Part shown: one piece after another, positions 1 to 7,303 of the stretch
Position numbering within the stretch: position 1 is the first letter of the stretch
How the letters are laid out: every line of letters starts with the position of its first letter
Virus record (IMG/VR): IMGVR_UViG_2617270940_000004
Location: 1 to 19,706 of that record
DNA length: 19,706 bases
Reading direction: 5' to 3' (one strand)
Origin: a virus
Lineage: Duplodnaviria; Heunggongvirae; Uroviricota; Caudoviricetes
Notes under the pieces: model-generated
Told to the model about the DNA's origin: nothing
What the model saw: only the letters and a program-made list of their open reading frames with translations
Database searches by the model: none
Position numbers and translations under genes: made by a program

Positions 1-128
1 ATTTCAGCGCAGACAATCACATCGCTGCCCGGTTGTATGCGCGAGGTTACCGACTGCGGCCTGAGTTTTTTAAGTGACGTAAAATCGTGTTGAGGCCAAC
101 GCCCATAATGCGGGCAGTTGCCCGGCAT
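1..128 (-). CDS. insB: IS1 transposase InsB, 5' part only (truncated by window edge)
   Basis: Minus-strand reading from ATG at 128 gives [43 protein letters not shown], matching recalled InsB N-terminus; overlaps insA 3' end in another frame as in IS1. Confidence 0.8.
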
Positions 129-322
129 CCAACGCCATTCATGGCCATATCAATGATTTTCTGGTGCGTACCGGGCTGAGAGGCGGTGTAAGTGAACTGT
201 AGTTGCCATGTTTTACGGCAGTGAGAGCAGAGATAGCGCTGATGTCCGGCGGTGCTTTTGCCGTTACGCACCACCCCGTCAGTAGCTGAACAGGAGGGAC
301 AGCTGATAGAAACAGAAGCCAC
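47..322 (-). CDS. insA: IS1 transposase subunit InsA
   Basis: 91 aa [46 protein letters not shown]... matches recalled IS1 InsA (zinc-finger N-terminus, HTH C-terminus). Confidence 0.9.
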
Positions 323-557
323 TGGAGCACCTCAAAAACACCATCATACACTAAATCAGTAAGTTGGCAGCATCACCGGCTACGCAGAAGCAGCCAAACG
401 CCCCGTGGTTGCGCCGGAAGCAATCGGGCAAGGAAGTGCTGGTGAATAAAAACGAGCACCTTGCGGACGCTGTCGCATCGATTTACACCGGTATGCAAAC
501 TGATCAATTCCGTCAGGTTCGCGATGTTCTTGCTGGAATTTTATAAGTTGATAATTG

Positions 558-577
558 ATAGGTAAGTGCTTATCTAT
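558..577. promoter_or_regulatory. Family A palindromic site (putative operator), imperfect
   Basis: ATAGGTAAGTGCTTATCTAT; near-palindrome matching recurring consensus ATAGGTAAGTAYTTACCTAT. Confidence 0.4.
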
Positions 578-587
578 TACCATGAGA

Positions 588-610
588 CCACTATATATAG
601 TGGTTTTTTT
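588..610 (+). terminator. Rho-independent terminator candidate
   Basis: Perfect hairpin CCACTATATATAGTGG (588-603) followed by T7 run (604-610). Confidence 0.6.
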
Positions 611-811
611 AATTGGGCTACACATAATAAGCATCGTAAAACGTAACGCCCACCGAGCCGCTGCCAGCTGCATGAAGCGCTGACAAAGTTCGCTGTCGAT
701 TGCACTGGCCCGAGCCAGTTCGAATACCTCTAAGCCGAGTTTAACCACTTTGTGGCTTGGCGCTGCTGGGTCAAAATTGGCGTATCAAAAGAAGTCTAAA
801 GGAAAGAAAAC

Positions 812-1690
812 ATGAAATTTACGAAACTGACCGATCATCTGAAACTTGCCGCAGACAAACTCGTGGGGTTTAAACCAGAGCCTTACGAGTTGAATCCCGG
901 TTTCGGCAAGACAACGGAAAGCATCTACCTGATGGTTGACCAGTTCCACACACTGTTTCAGCACCCACGCCGTGCCATTCCAGATCCGGCATTACTGCGT
1001 CTGCGTGCCAAGCTGATCCACGAAGAAGCAGTTACTGAGGGCATCCCGGCAGCCAAAAATGGGGATATGACGGCACTGCTGGACGCGATGGCTGACTTCC
1101 TTTACGTGGGCGTCGGCACAATGGTGGCCATCAAAGGCGGCATCTCGACGGGCATGAGTTACTACACCCAAGAGCAGAGTGTTGATCGCTTCATCCACAC
1201 CATCATGGTTCCGGGCAACACGGTCTTTGACGATATGGCTATCCCGTTTGAAGAAGCAAAAGAAGCTGCATTAATGCTGAATGCGCTGGCTGACAAACTT
1301 GAAGCGAAGCCGATAAGCGATTCCGAATTGGTGCAGGAGCTGCGCCGCGTGATGAACAAAATCTACGTTGCCTGCATGATGACCTACCGTCTGGCTGATT
1401 TTCTCGGAATCGATATTGTTGAGCTGGTGGCAGAAATCCACCGTTCCAACATGACCAAGCTGTGGCCGGCTGACGCCGAAGAGCGTCGTGTGGCGGTAGA
1501 GAATTGCAAATATGACAAGGAAGACCTGGGCTTCCGCCATGCTGAAGGGACTGACATGATGATCGGTTTCAGGGTTTCTGATGGCAAGATCCTCAAATCT
1601 CCCACCTACAGCGATGTGGATCTGACTTGCTTTGTTGAGAAGGCGAAGTCCTCATCTCTTTACGAGATGGTAAAAAATAATTGTAAGTGA
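812..1690 (+). CDS. MazG/HisE-like all-alpha NTP pyrophosphohydrolase (two tandem repeats; possibly dimeric-dUTPase-like)
   Basis: 292 aa; RBS AAGGA 8 nt upstream of ATG. Contains LIHEEAVTEGIPAAKNGDMTALLDAMADFLY (EExxE ... DxxxD pattern typical of MazG/HisE-type pyrophosphohydrolases) and a second similar half (ELRRVMNKIYVACMMTYRLADFLGIDIVELVAEI). Family call from motif recollection only. Confidence 0.5.
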   Translation: MKFTKLTDHLKLAADKLVGFKPEPYELNPGFGKTTESIYLMVDQFHTLFQHPRRAIPDPALLRLRAKLIHEEAVTEGIPAAKNGDMTALLDAMADFLYVGVGTMVAIKGGISTGMSYYTQEQSVDRFIHTIMVPGNTVFDDMAIPFEEAKEAALMLNALADKLEAKPISDSELVQELRRVMNKIYVACMMTYRLADFLGIDIVELVAEIHRSNMTKLWPADAEERRVAVENCKYDKEDLGFRHAEGTDMMIGFRVSDGKILKSPTYSDVDLTCFVEKAKSSSLYEMVKNNCK

Positions 1691-1753
1691 GTACTTATCA
1701 TTATATATTGCCTTGGCGTGTTTTATTGTCCAAGTTCTTAATTGCTCATTGCA

Positions 1754-1783
1754 ATGGTGGCCGAAGAGCCACCATTTTTTTTT
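1754..1783 (+). terminator. Rho-independent terminator
   Basis: Stem ATGGTGGC / GCCACCAT with loop CGAAGA, followed by T9 run. Confidence 0.75.
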
Positions 1784-1833
1784 ACTCCCTTCCTAGCCTT
1801 ACACACTTCTGACAGATAAACTTGTATAAAATA

Positions 1834-1853
1834 ATAGGTATGCACTTACTTAT
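1834..1853. promoter_or_regulatory. Family A palindromic site (putative operator), degenerate
   Basis: ATAGGTATGCACTTACTTAT directly upstream of the ThyA-like gene; outer ATAGGTA...TTAT conserved. Confidence 0.4.
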
Positions 1854-1870
1854 CTTGTGTGAGGTTGATT

Positions 1871-2974
1871 TTGTCTATCCTACTGAATCGAGACTTTACG
1901 AACGGTCAGTTTGCCAGTGGTTCGTATGCCAAAGTGGTTGAAACGGTGCTCAACACTGGCGTTCACGCGGGTGATCGCACCGGAACCGGCACAAAAAGTG
2001 TTTCATATGTCCCTTCCTACTACATGCTGACGGGCGGATCTGTTCCACTTATCTCCGGAAAAGCCGTCAATCTGAAGCCGTTACTGGTTGAGCTGGAGTG
2101 GTATCTCAAAGGAACAGGCAACATCCAGTTCCTGAAAGACAATGGCGTCAAAATCTGGGATGCCTGGGCCGATGAAAATGGCGATTTAGGCCCGGTCTAT
2201 GGCAAGCAATGGCGTCGGTGGGAAGACACTCGCATCGTGAGCCATAGCGAGTATCTGCGCAAAATCGACACGTTCCGTGAGCGCGGGTACAAGGTCGAGG
2301 GGTATCTGGGCGTAAGTGAAGATCGCGTTGTGTTGTCCCGTGAAATTGACCAGCTACAGCGTATCGTTGACACGCTTCGCACCAACCCTACAGATCGTCG
2401 CATCCTGCTGAATGCCTGGAATGTTGGCGAACTGGAAGATATGAAGCTGCCGCCATGCCATTTCGTGTTTTCACTGTGGAGTCGCGAGCTGGACTTTGAG
2501 ACCCGACTGACTATGGCCACCGACATTGGCATACAGCACAACCGCCACGGCCACGAGTCCATGTACACCCAGATGCTGTGTCTTCTGGAAAGAGATGGCG
2601 GCATTACTGAGAACATGCTGGACGAGCTGGGCATCCCGAAACGCATTCTGAACTCATGCCTGGTTCAACGCAGTGTCGATACCTTTGTTGGTATGCCGTT
2701 CAACATCGCCGGTTACGGCATTCTCACCCACTTCCTCGCGAAGATCACCGGCCACATGGCTGGCGCATTCGTGCATTTTGGCTTTGACGTTCATCTCTAC
2801 GACAACCACATGGAAGGCGTTGAGGAACTGATGAAGCGCGAGCCGCCCAAAGAGTCCGACCCGGTTGTCATCTTCCCGCATGAATGGGCCGAACTGGACG
2901 ACTTCAAATGGGAAGGTGTGCAGGTGTGCGGCTACAGCCCTCTTCCGTGGATCAAGGTTCCAGTGGCGGTGTGA
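1871..2974 (+). CDS. thyA: Thymidylate synthase family protein (ThyA homologue with two large insertions and an N-terminal extension)
   Basis: Contains DRTGTGT, IWDAWADENGDLGPVYGKQWRRW, DRRILLNAWNVGELEDMKLPPCHFVF (catalytic Cys in PCH), QRSVDTFVGMPFNIAGY and HLYDNHM, all matching recalled E. coli ThyA blocks. Start uncertain: ORF track gives GTG 1859, but GAGG at 1860-1863 looks like the SD for TTG 1871 (TTG 1865 also possible). Confidence 0.85.
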   Translation: MSILLNRDFTNGQFASGSYAKVVETVLNTGVHAGDRTGTGTKSVSYVPSYYMLTGGSVPLISGKAVNLKPLLVELEWYLKGTGNIQFLKDNGVKIWDAWADENGDLGPVYGKQWRRWEDTRIVSHSEYLRKIDTFRERGYKVEGYLGVSEDRVVLSREIDQLQRIVDTLRTNPTDRRILLNAWNVGELEDMKLPPCHFVFSLWSRELDFETRLTMATDIGIQHNRHGHESMYTQMLCLLERDGGITENMLDELGIPKRILNSCLVQRSVDTFVGMPFNIAGYGILTHFLAKITGHMAGAFVHFGFDVHLYDNHMEGVEELMKREPPKESDPVVIFPHEWAELDDFKWEGVQVCGYSPLPWIKVPVAV

Positions 2975-2975
2975 T

Positions 2976-3389
2976 ATGGCCAGAGGGATGTATGTGTTGT
3001 GTGAAATTGAAGGTGTGCTGGCGAGAGCCAGCCATCGCAAAGCAGTGCCTGATGCGGATGCAGGCGCTCTTATTGCCGGTGATGAACTCATCTTTCCCAC
3101 CAGCCGCATGTTGCGTGGTTTTGCTCGCTCCGGTGCTGAAGTGGTGCTTATCAGTAGTCGTCCGGAAGCGCTCGAAGGCCCAACCAAGCGCTGGCTGAAG
3201 GACTTCGGCATTGATTATGACTGGCTCCACCTGGTTCCGCGCGGTGTCAGTTTTGAAACCCATATCAAGCGCACGCTGGCAGAGCACAAAGGCGACTTAC
3301 TTATCGCCGCACTGGTTCATGATCCGCGTCTGCGTTCTGCGCTGGCAAATTCTCACCAGCGACCAACCATCTATGAGGTAAGCCAATGA
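2976..3389 (+). CDS. HAD-superfamily, NT5C-like 5'(3')-deoxyribonucleotidase-fold protein with non-canonical motif I (ExE instead of DxD)
   Basis: ATG at 2976, 1 nt after the ThyA stop; stop overlaps DHFR start (ATGA). MYVLCEIEGVLA aligns with the HAD/NT5C motif hhhhDxDGVL; later blocks (VVLISSRPEALEGPTKRWLKDFGIDYDWLHLV, LLIAALVHDP) fit HAD motifs II-IV. Weak, motif-level call. Confidence 0.4.
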   Translation: MARGMYVLCEIEGVLARASHRKAVPDADAGALIAGDELIFPTSRMLRGFARSGAEVVLISSRPEALEGPTKRWLKDFGIDYDWLHLVPRGVSFETHIKRTLAEHKGDLLIAALVHDPRLRSALANSHQRPTIYEVSQ

Positions 3390-3862
3390 AGATGATTGCA
3401 GCTGTCGGCCGCAACTATGAAATCGGCATTGGCAACGAACTTCCCTGGCGTTGCCCGACCGATCTGAAACTGTTCAAACAACTCACCAAAAACGCCACTG
3501 TCGTGATGGGACGTAAGACGATGGAAAGTCTTAAACGCCCGCTGCCAGAGAGCCATAACCTCGTTTTGACGCGCTCTCGTGGCTATATCCCCAATGGTTT
3601 CTACCCCGCTGGCATCGATGACGTTTTAAAACTACCAGATCCGGTCTGGGTGATTGGTGGCGGGCAGATTTACTCGCTCTTTATGCCACACGTTGAAGAG
3701 ATCTGGCTGTCGCATATTGGCGTGGATGTGTCGGGCGCGGATGCGTTCTTCCCGGCGCCAATGATGCGTTCTTTAGGGTTCGTACCAGTCGAAACGGCTT
3801 ATACCCAACGTGCAAATGAGGATGAGCCTGGCTTTTTGCAGATCGTATACAGAAGGTCGTAA
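3386..3862 (+). CDS. folA: Dihydrofolate reductase
   Basis: 158 aa; MKMIAAVGRNYEIGIGNELPWRCPTDLKLFKQLTKNATVVMGRKTMESLKRPLP parallels the DHFR N-terminus (IAA..IG..MPW..P.DL..FK..T....V.MGR.T.ES...PLP); VIGGGQIY matches the glycine-rich NADPH loop. GAGG RBS 7 nt upstream. Confidence 0.85.
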   Translation: MKMIAAVGRNYEIGIGNELPWRCPTDLKLFKQLTKNATVVMGRKTMESLKRPLPESHNLVLTRSRGYIPNGFYPAGIDDVLKLPDPVWVIGGGQIYSLFMPHVEEIWLSHIGVDVSGADAFFPAPMMRSLGFVPVETAYTQRANEDEPGFLQIVYRRS

Positions 3863-4506
3863 TGGATTACCGGATTGGAATCACTGGCGCACAGGGCAGT
3901 GGGAAAACAACCCTGGCAAGGTACATCGATGCGCACTATGGCATTCCGTATGTGGATGCTGGTGTTGGCAAGCTGATGAGCAGTCTGGGGGTGAAGGTTG
4001 GCGAGCGTTTGCCCCTTTACGAGCGTCTTCAGGTTCAGATGGAGATTGCCAGACACATCGAGATGATCACCCGCGGCGTTGAAGGTTTTGTCATCGACCG
4101 CACGCCAGCCGATGTCATGGCTTATACGCTTGACCTGGTCGGCCAGACCAACGAAGACCGCTGCATCGAGCTGGCTCTCGACATTGAGCAGTTTTGCCAC
4201 AAAGCGACCATTTCCAACTTCAATGCTATAGCGGGTCTTCGCCCGGGCGTTGAGCTTTCCAGCAAAGATCTCGCGCGTCCCCAGCGAGGATCGCTTGACC
4301 GTCTCTATGTTGCTCGCATCGATGCACTTATGTGTGGCGAGCTGACGAAAATTAGCGCCCTTCCCCATACCGGCGATTTGCAGGTTTTCATTATCTCTGA
4401 AAAGTGCCGCACGGTTGAGGCGCGAGCCAGATCGGTATTGCGTGTGCTGGAAAGAGCCACTGAAAACATCGAGAGCCGTATAACAGGACGAGTGACCTTC
4501 CACTGA
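3862..4506 (+). CDS. P-loop nucleotide kinase, T4 gp1-like deoxynucleoside monophosphate kinase candidate
   Basis: Walker A IGITGAQGSGKTTLA at N-terminus; FVIDRTPADVMAY resembles the PDTRQDHE region of T4 gp1 as recalled. Start overlaps DHFR stop (TAATG). Confidence 0.55.
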   Translation: MDYRIGITGAQGSGKTTLARYIDAHYGIPYVDAGVGKLMSSLGVKVGERLPLYERLQVQMEIARHIEMITRGVEGFVIDRTPADVMAYTLDLVGQTNEDRCIELALDIEQFCHKATISNFNAIAGLRPGVELSSKDLARPQRGSLDRLYVARIDALMCGELTKISALPHTGDLQVFIISEKCRTVEARARSVLRVLERATENIESRITGRVTFH

Positions 4507-4569
4507 ATGTTGTTCCCCTGTTGGGCAGTGTGACAATAAGACACGCGAAATGAATTGAGGAAAAACAGA

Positions 4570-4989
4570 ATGATAGATGAACTTCCCCTGTCGGATGAAT
4601 TAGATCGCAAAGCGATTGAAGCACTGATCCGTATTGCTGACGAACAATCCCGTTCCTTAATGAGTGAACGTGAAGCACGTCTGGCTATCCGAGCAGTGTT
4701 TGAGTCCGTTCAAGGTCTTGTTGGGGAAGAGGTTGGTGAAGCCATTAATGCGGCGATGTCGCAATTCAATGGCGGCACCAAGCGCTCTCTGTTTCCTATG
4801 CATCTCAAACTCTCGGGCGGTACGGTTTTTTATGTGTCCGTTTGCCTGGAGACTAACCAAATCCAGCTCCTCAACACGTCAACGGGCGAATGGCGTGAGC
4901 CGGTCGTCTGCGAAAGCGGCGAGGACGCACTAAAAAAGGCTGCTCAGTTTGTGCGTGGCGCACTGCTGAAAGGCGCGAAGAAGCTGTAA
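4570..4989 (+). CDS. Hypothetical protein
   Basis: ATG at 4570 with GAGGA 8 nt upstream (ORF track TTG start at 4555 lies inside the SD); 139 aa, no recognisable motif. Confidence 0.5.
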   Translation: MIDELPLSDELDRKAIEALIRIADEQSRSLMSEREARLAIRAVFESVQGLVGEEVGEAINAAMSQFNGGTKRSLFPMHLKLSGGTVFYVSVCLETNQIQLLNTSTGEWREPVVCESGEDALKKAAQFVRGALLKGAKKL

Positions 4990-4998
4990 GGAGTACCA

Positions 4999-5553
4999 AT
5001 GACCACGATTGTCGGTGGCGTCGATATTGAGTCCACGGGGCTGGACTTCACATCCGGCCACAAAATTATCGAAATCGCGATATCTCGTTATGAACTGGAA
5101 ACCCAGAAGCGCATTGACAGCCTTGAGATGCGCTTCAACCCGCGTCGTAGCATCGATCTGAAGGCGCAGGCTGTACATGGTATCTCTCTGGAAGAACTGG
5201 CTGCTGAACCGCTGTTGGCTGATCACGCAGGTAAGATTGCTGCATATATGGGGGCATGTAGCGCGTTAGTCGCCCATAACGGGGAGGCTTTTGACCTTCC
5301 GTTCATTCGCCACGAGTTCGGAAGCTATGGAGTGAAATTGCCAGAAATCCCTCTGGTTGACACTCTATTTTCCCTGTGGGCTACCGAGGATGGGAAGCGC
5401 CCACGCCTGGAAGAGCTGGCATTCTCACTTGGGTTCACTTACGACCGTGAGAAAGCCCACAGTGCTCTCTACGATACTGATCTGATGATGCAGTGTTTCT
5501 TCAAAGCCCGAGAGAAATACGGCTTCTTCAAACTCCCATTCGAAAGCGCCTGA
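4999..5553 (+). CDS. DnaQ-like (DEDDh) 3'-5' exonuclease
   Basis: Exo I DIESTGL, Exo II ALVAHNGEAFDLPFI, Exo III HSALYDTD; AAGGAG RBS 5 nt upstream of ATG. Confidence 0.7.
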   Translation: MTTIVGGVDIESTGLDFTSGHKIIEIAISRYELETQKRIDSLEMRFNPRRSIDLKAQAVHGISLEELAAEPLLADHAGKIAAYMGACSALVAHNGEAFDLPFIRHEFGSYGVKLPEIPLVDTLFSLWATEDGKRPRLEELAFSLGFTYDREKAHSALYDTDLMMQCFFKAREKYGFFKLPFESA

Positions 5554-5568
5554 TGGCGCTTTTTCTTT
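5543..5568 (+). terminator. Rho-independent terminator candidate overlapping the exonuclease stop codon
   Basis: Stem AAAGCGCC / GGCGCTTT with loop TGAT, followed by TTTTTCTTT. Confidence 0.5.
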
Positions 5569-5681
5569 GCCTCCAGTTCCTTTAACTGCCTGTAGTTATG
5601 ACTTTTCTGCCTGATAGGTTTTGCCAGAATAAGCTCAACCAAAACGCGGAAATGCACCAACGAAAACATAAGGAGTTAAAA

Positions 5682-6554
5682 ATGAGCGCAGTTTCAAACA
5701 TTGTTAAAAACGATGACCTGGATGAATTGACTGCAATGCTGCAATCTCTCGAAGAACCGGTTCTGAAAGCTGCGAAAATGAGCGGTATCGACGAGATCGA
5801 CGATCTTCTCTCTGGTCTGGATGATGCAATCGCAAAACCAGTCGAGGCGGTGGCAGATGAAGTCATGAATGTCAGCTCTACCGGCGATCTGAGTGGCGTT
5901 CTGGAAGAGCTTGAGATTGCACACGAATCGGTGAAGGTCGAGGAGCCAGAGCGTGGCCCTATTGCGGAGATAGTGGACGAGCCAACACCTGAACTTGATG
6001 CTCGAAGCGCTGAGACCACCGATATAGCTCCAACGCTTTTACCTTCAGTGGAGTCTGGGCCTAAACCTGAAGAAGAGCAGCCAAAACACCAGAAGGCACA
6101 ATCAAAGCGTGCGCCGACCAAACCTCGCTTCACGCTGGAGGGTAAGGATGAATCGTTCTATGTGACAGCCGGTCTGGATAGTGAGCGCTTTACTGCCGCA
6201 TTCGAAGGCGCGCCGATCAAAGCGAAAGACAAAATCTTAAACCTCCTGAACTGGTTTAGTGGTGGCCCGGAAATCAGCGTCTACACGGTAATCGCAATGC
6301 GCCATATTCTTGATACGAACACGGCGACCAGCAATAGCATTAAACTGGCGCTAATGAGCTACCCGGAGAAACCATATCCACTTAACACGGCTTCGACTCA
6401 GGCTGGCCAGATGATGGCTGTGTTTCCGGCCACAGGCATTGCCACCAGAGAAGGTGGAAATCTAACGCTTAATAAAGAGTCGCCGATCGTCAAAAAATTC
6501 ATAGCGGAGTATTCCATTGAACAATGTTCCTCTGCACGATCTAAAGCACCCTGA
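5682..6554 (+). CDS. Hypothetical protein with acidic, low-complexity N-terminal half and a globular C-terminal domain
   Basis: ATG at 5682 with AAGGAG 7 nt upstream (ORF track start 5598 is an upstream TTG). N-terminal ~150 aa rich in D/E/P/S/A; C-terminal part ordinary composition. Confidence 0.55.
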   Translation: MSAVSNIVKNDDLDELTAMLQSLEEPVLKAAKMSGIDEIDDLLSGLDDAIAKPVEAVADEVMNVSSTGDLSGVLEELEIAHESVKVEEPERGPIAEIVDEPTPELDARSAETTDIAPTLLPSVESGPKPEEEQPKHQKAQSKRAPTKPRFTLEGKDESFYVTAGLDSERFTAAFEGAPIKAKDKILNLLNWFSGGPEISVYTVIAMRHILDTNTATSNSIKLALMSYPEKPYPLNTASTQAGQMMAVFPATGIATREGGNLTLNKESPIVKKFIAEYSIEQCSSARSKAP

Positions 6555-6601
6555 GAGCTTTAGGACGCTGGGTAAGCTCATTGCATACCCAGCATCGATA
6601 A

Positions 6602-6653
6602 AACGCGCCAGAGAGCTTCCCGTTTGCGAATCTGGCGCGTTCTTCTTTGTTTG
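6602..6653 (+). terminator. Rho-independent terminator candidate (preceded by a second hairpin at 6568-6594)
   Basis: 11 bp perfect stem AACGCGCCAGA / TCTGGCGCGTT with 18 nt loop, followed by CTTCTTTGTTTG. Confidence 0.55.
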
Positions 6654-6677
6654 CTATCCGTTGGATTAAATGAAAAA

Positions 6678-6697
6678 ATAGGTAAGTATTTACCTAT
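6678..6697. promoter_or_regulatory. Family A palindromic site (putative operator)
   Basis: ATAGGTAAGTATTTACCTAT, near-perfect 20 bp palindrome 12 nt upstream of the methyltransferase start. Confidence 0.55.
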
Positions 6698-6709
6698 CAG
6701 AGTAAGGTA

Positions 6710-7303
6710 ATGATCGCAGCCGAAAAAATCAAAAAGCGAGAGCGTGATGCCTCTCTTCGCGACCTTTGGCGCACACCGCAGTGGTTGTTTGTCGCCATCC
6801 AACGTTACATAGGCGTAAAGTTCGATGTGGACGTCGCCTGCAACAAAGATAATGCTCTCCTGACGAACTTTATCGGTGTTGAGCGTGATGCGCTCAAGTG
6901 CAGTTGGGGAGAACCTGGCACTGTGGCGTTCCTTAACCCGCCCTACTCCAAAATCACCCCCTGGATAGATGCAGCCATTCGCGAGCAGGCGCGTGGAGTG
7001 ACGACGGTCATGCTGATACCACAATCCCTCGATACGCAGTGGTACGAGCGTGCGGCTGAATGCGCCAACGAAACCGTCATCTTGTCTGGCGGCCGCGTGG
7101 CGTTCGTTGAGCCGGATGTTGAACTTGGGCTGGTGGAGGTGAACATCAACCCTGGTGGCAGCATGTTGCTTATCTTCCGTGGCTACTGTCAGGAAGCTGG
7201 GCACACCATCAGCAAGATACCGCTGGCGGTGATGAAAAAGCTGGGTGGTTATGACCCTGCCAATGTTGTCAGGAAGAAGAGACCACGTAAAAAGGCAGCG
7301 TAA
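6710..7303 (+). CDS. Orphan DNA N6-adenine methyltransferase (phage Dam-like family, NPPY motif)
   Basis: 197 aa; DLWRTPQWLF ... FDVDVACN ... GTVAFLNPPYS follows the layout of phage-type N6-adenine MTases; no restriction endonuclease gene adjacent. Confidence 0.75.
   Translation: MIAAEKIKKRERDASLRDLWRTPQWLFVAIQRYIGVKFDVDVACNKDNALLTNFIGVERDALKCSWGEPGTVAFLNPPYSKITPWIDAAIREQARGVTTVMLIPQSLDTQWYERAAECANETVILSGGRVAFVEPDVELGLVEVNINPGGSMLLIFRGYCQEAGHTISKIPLAVMKKLGGYDPANVVRKKRPRKKAA

Larger units (their letters stand above)
1..377 (-). mobile_element. IS1: IS1 insertion sequence, partial; terminal inverted repeat ends at 377, element continues beyond window start
   Basis: Reverse complement of 301-377 reads GGTGATGCTGCCAACTTACTGATTTAGTGTATGATGGTGTTTTTGAGGTGCTCCAGTGGCTTCTGTTTCTATCAGCT, the recalled IS1 left end, followed by insA and the start of insB in canonical order. 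Confidence 0.9.

Noticed and set aside
364-546. 60 aa ORF beginning inside the IS1 terminal repeat
   Set aside because: Its start lies within the IS1 inverted repeat and uses a TTG. The reading frame may include the 3' remnant of a gene disrupted by IS1, but it cannot be an intact gene.
380-748. 122 aa minus-strand ORF across the IS1 boundary region
   Set aside because: Runs through the terminator hairpin at 588-610 and into the IS1 end, with no RBS seen; judged a chance ORF.
1859-2974. ThyA-like gene as a dCMP hydroxymethylase
   Set aside because: The specificity-associated Asn in the PFNIA block is retained (dCMP hydroxymethylases are recalled to have Asp there) and DHFR is coupled downstream; a pyrimidine hydroxymethylase role is kept only as a lower-probability alternative.
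2197-3287. Several antisense or alternative-frame ORFs overlapping the ThyA-like and HAD-like genes (2197-2646, 2654-3211, 2884-3198, 2952-3287)
   Set aside because: They overlap well-supported coding sequence, have biased composition (Ser/Arg-rich) and no recognisable motifs; shadow ORFs.
3386-3862. Classic integron dfrA gene cassette
   Set aside because: No attC (59-be)-like site or integrase context; the gene is embedded in a translationally coupled operon, so it is reported as a DHFR of uncertain resistance significance instead.
3799-4536. 245 aa minus-strand ORF antisense to the dNMP kinase gene
   Set aside because: Entirely antisense to a gene with a clear Walker A motif and translational coupling; no motifs of its own.
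5582-6133. 183 aa minus-strand ORF antisense to the acidic-protein gene
   Set aside because: Ser-rich low-complexity translation, the mirror image of the acidic tract on the plus strand; artefact of composition.
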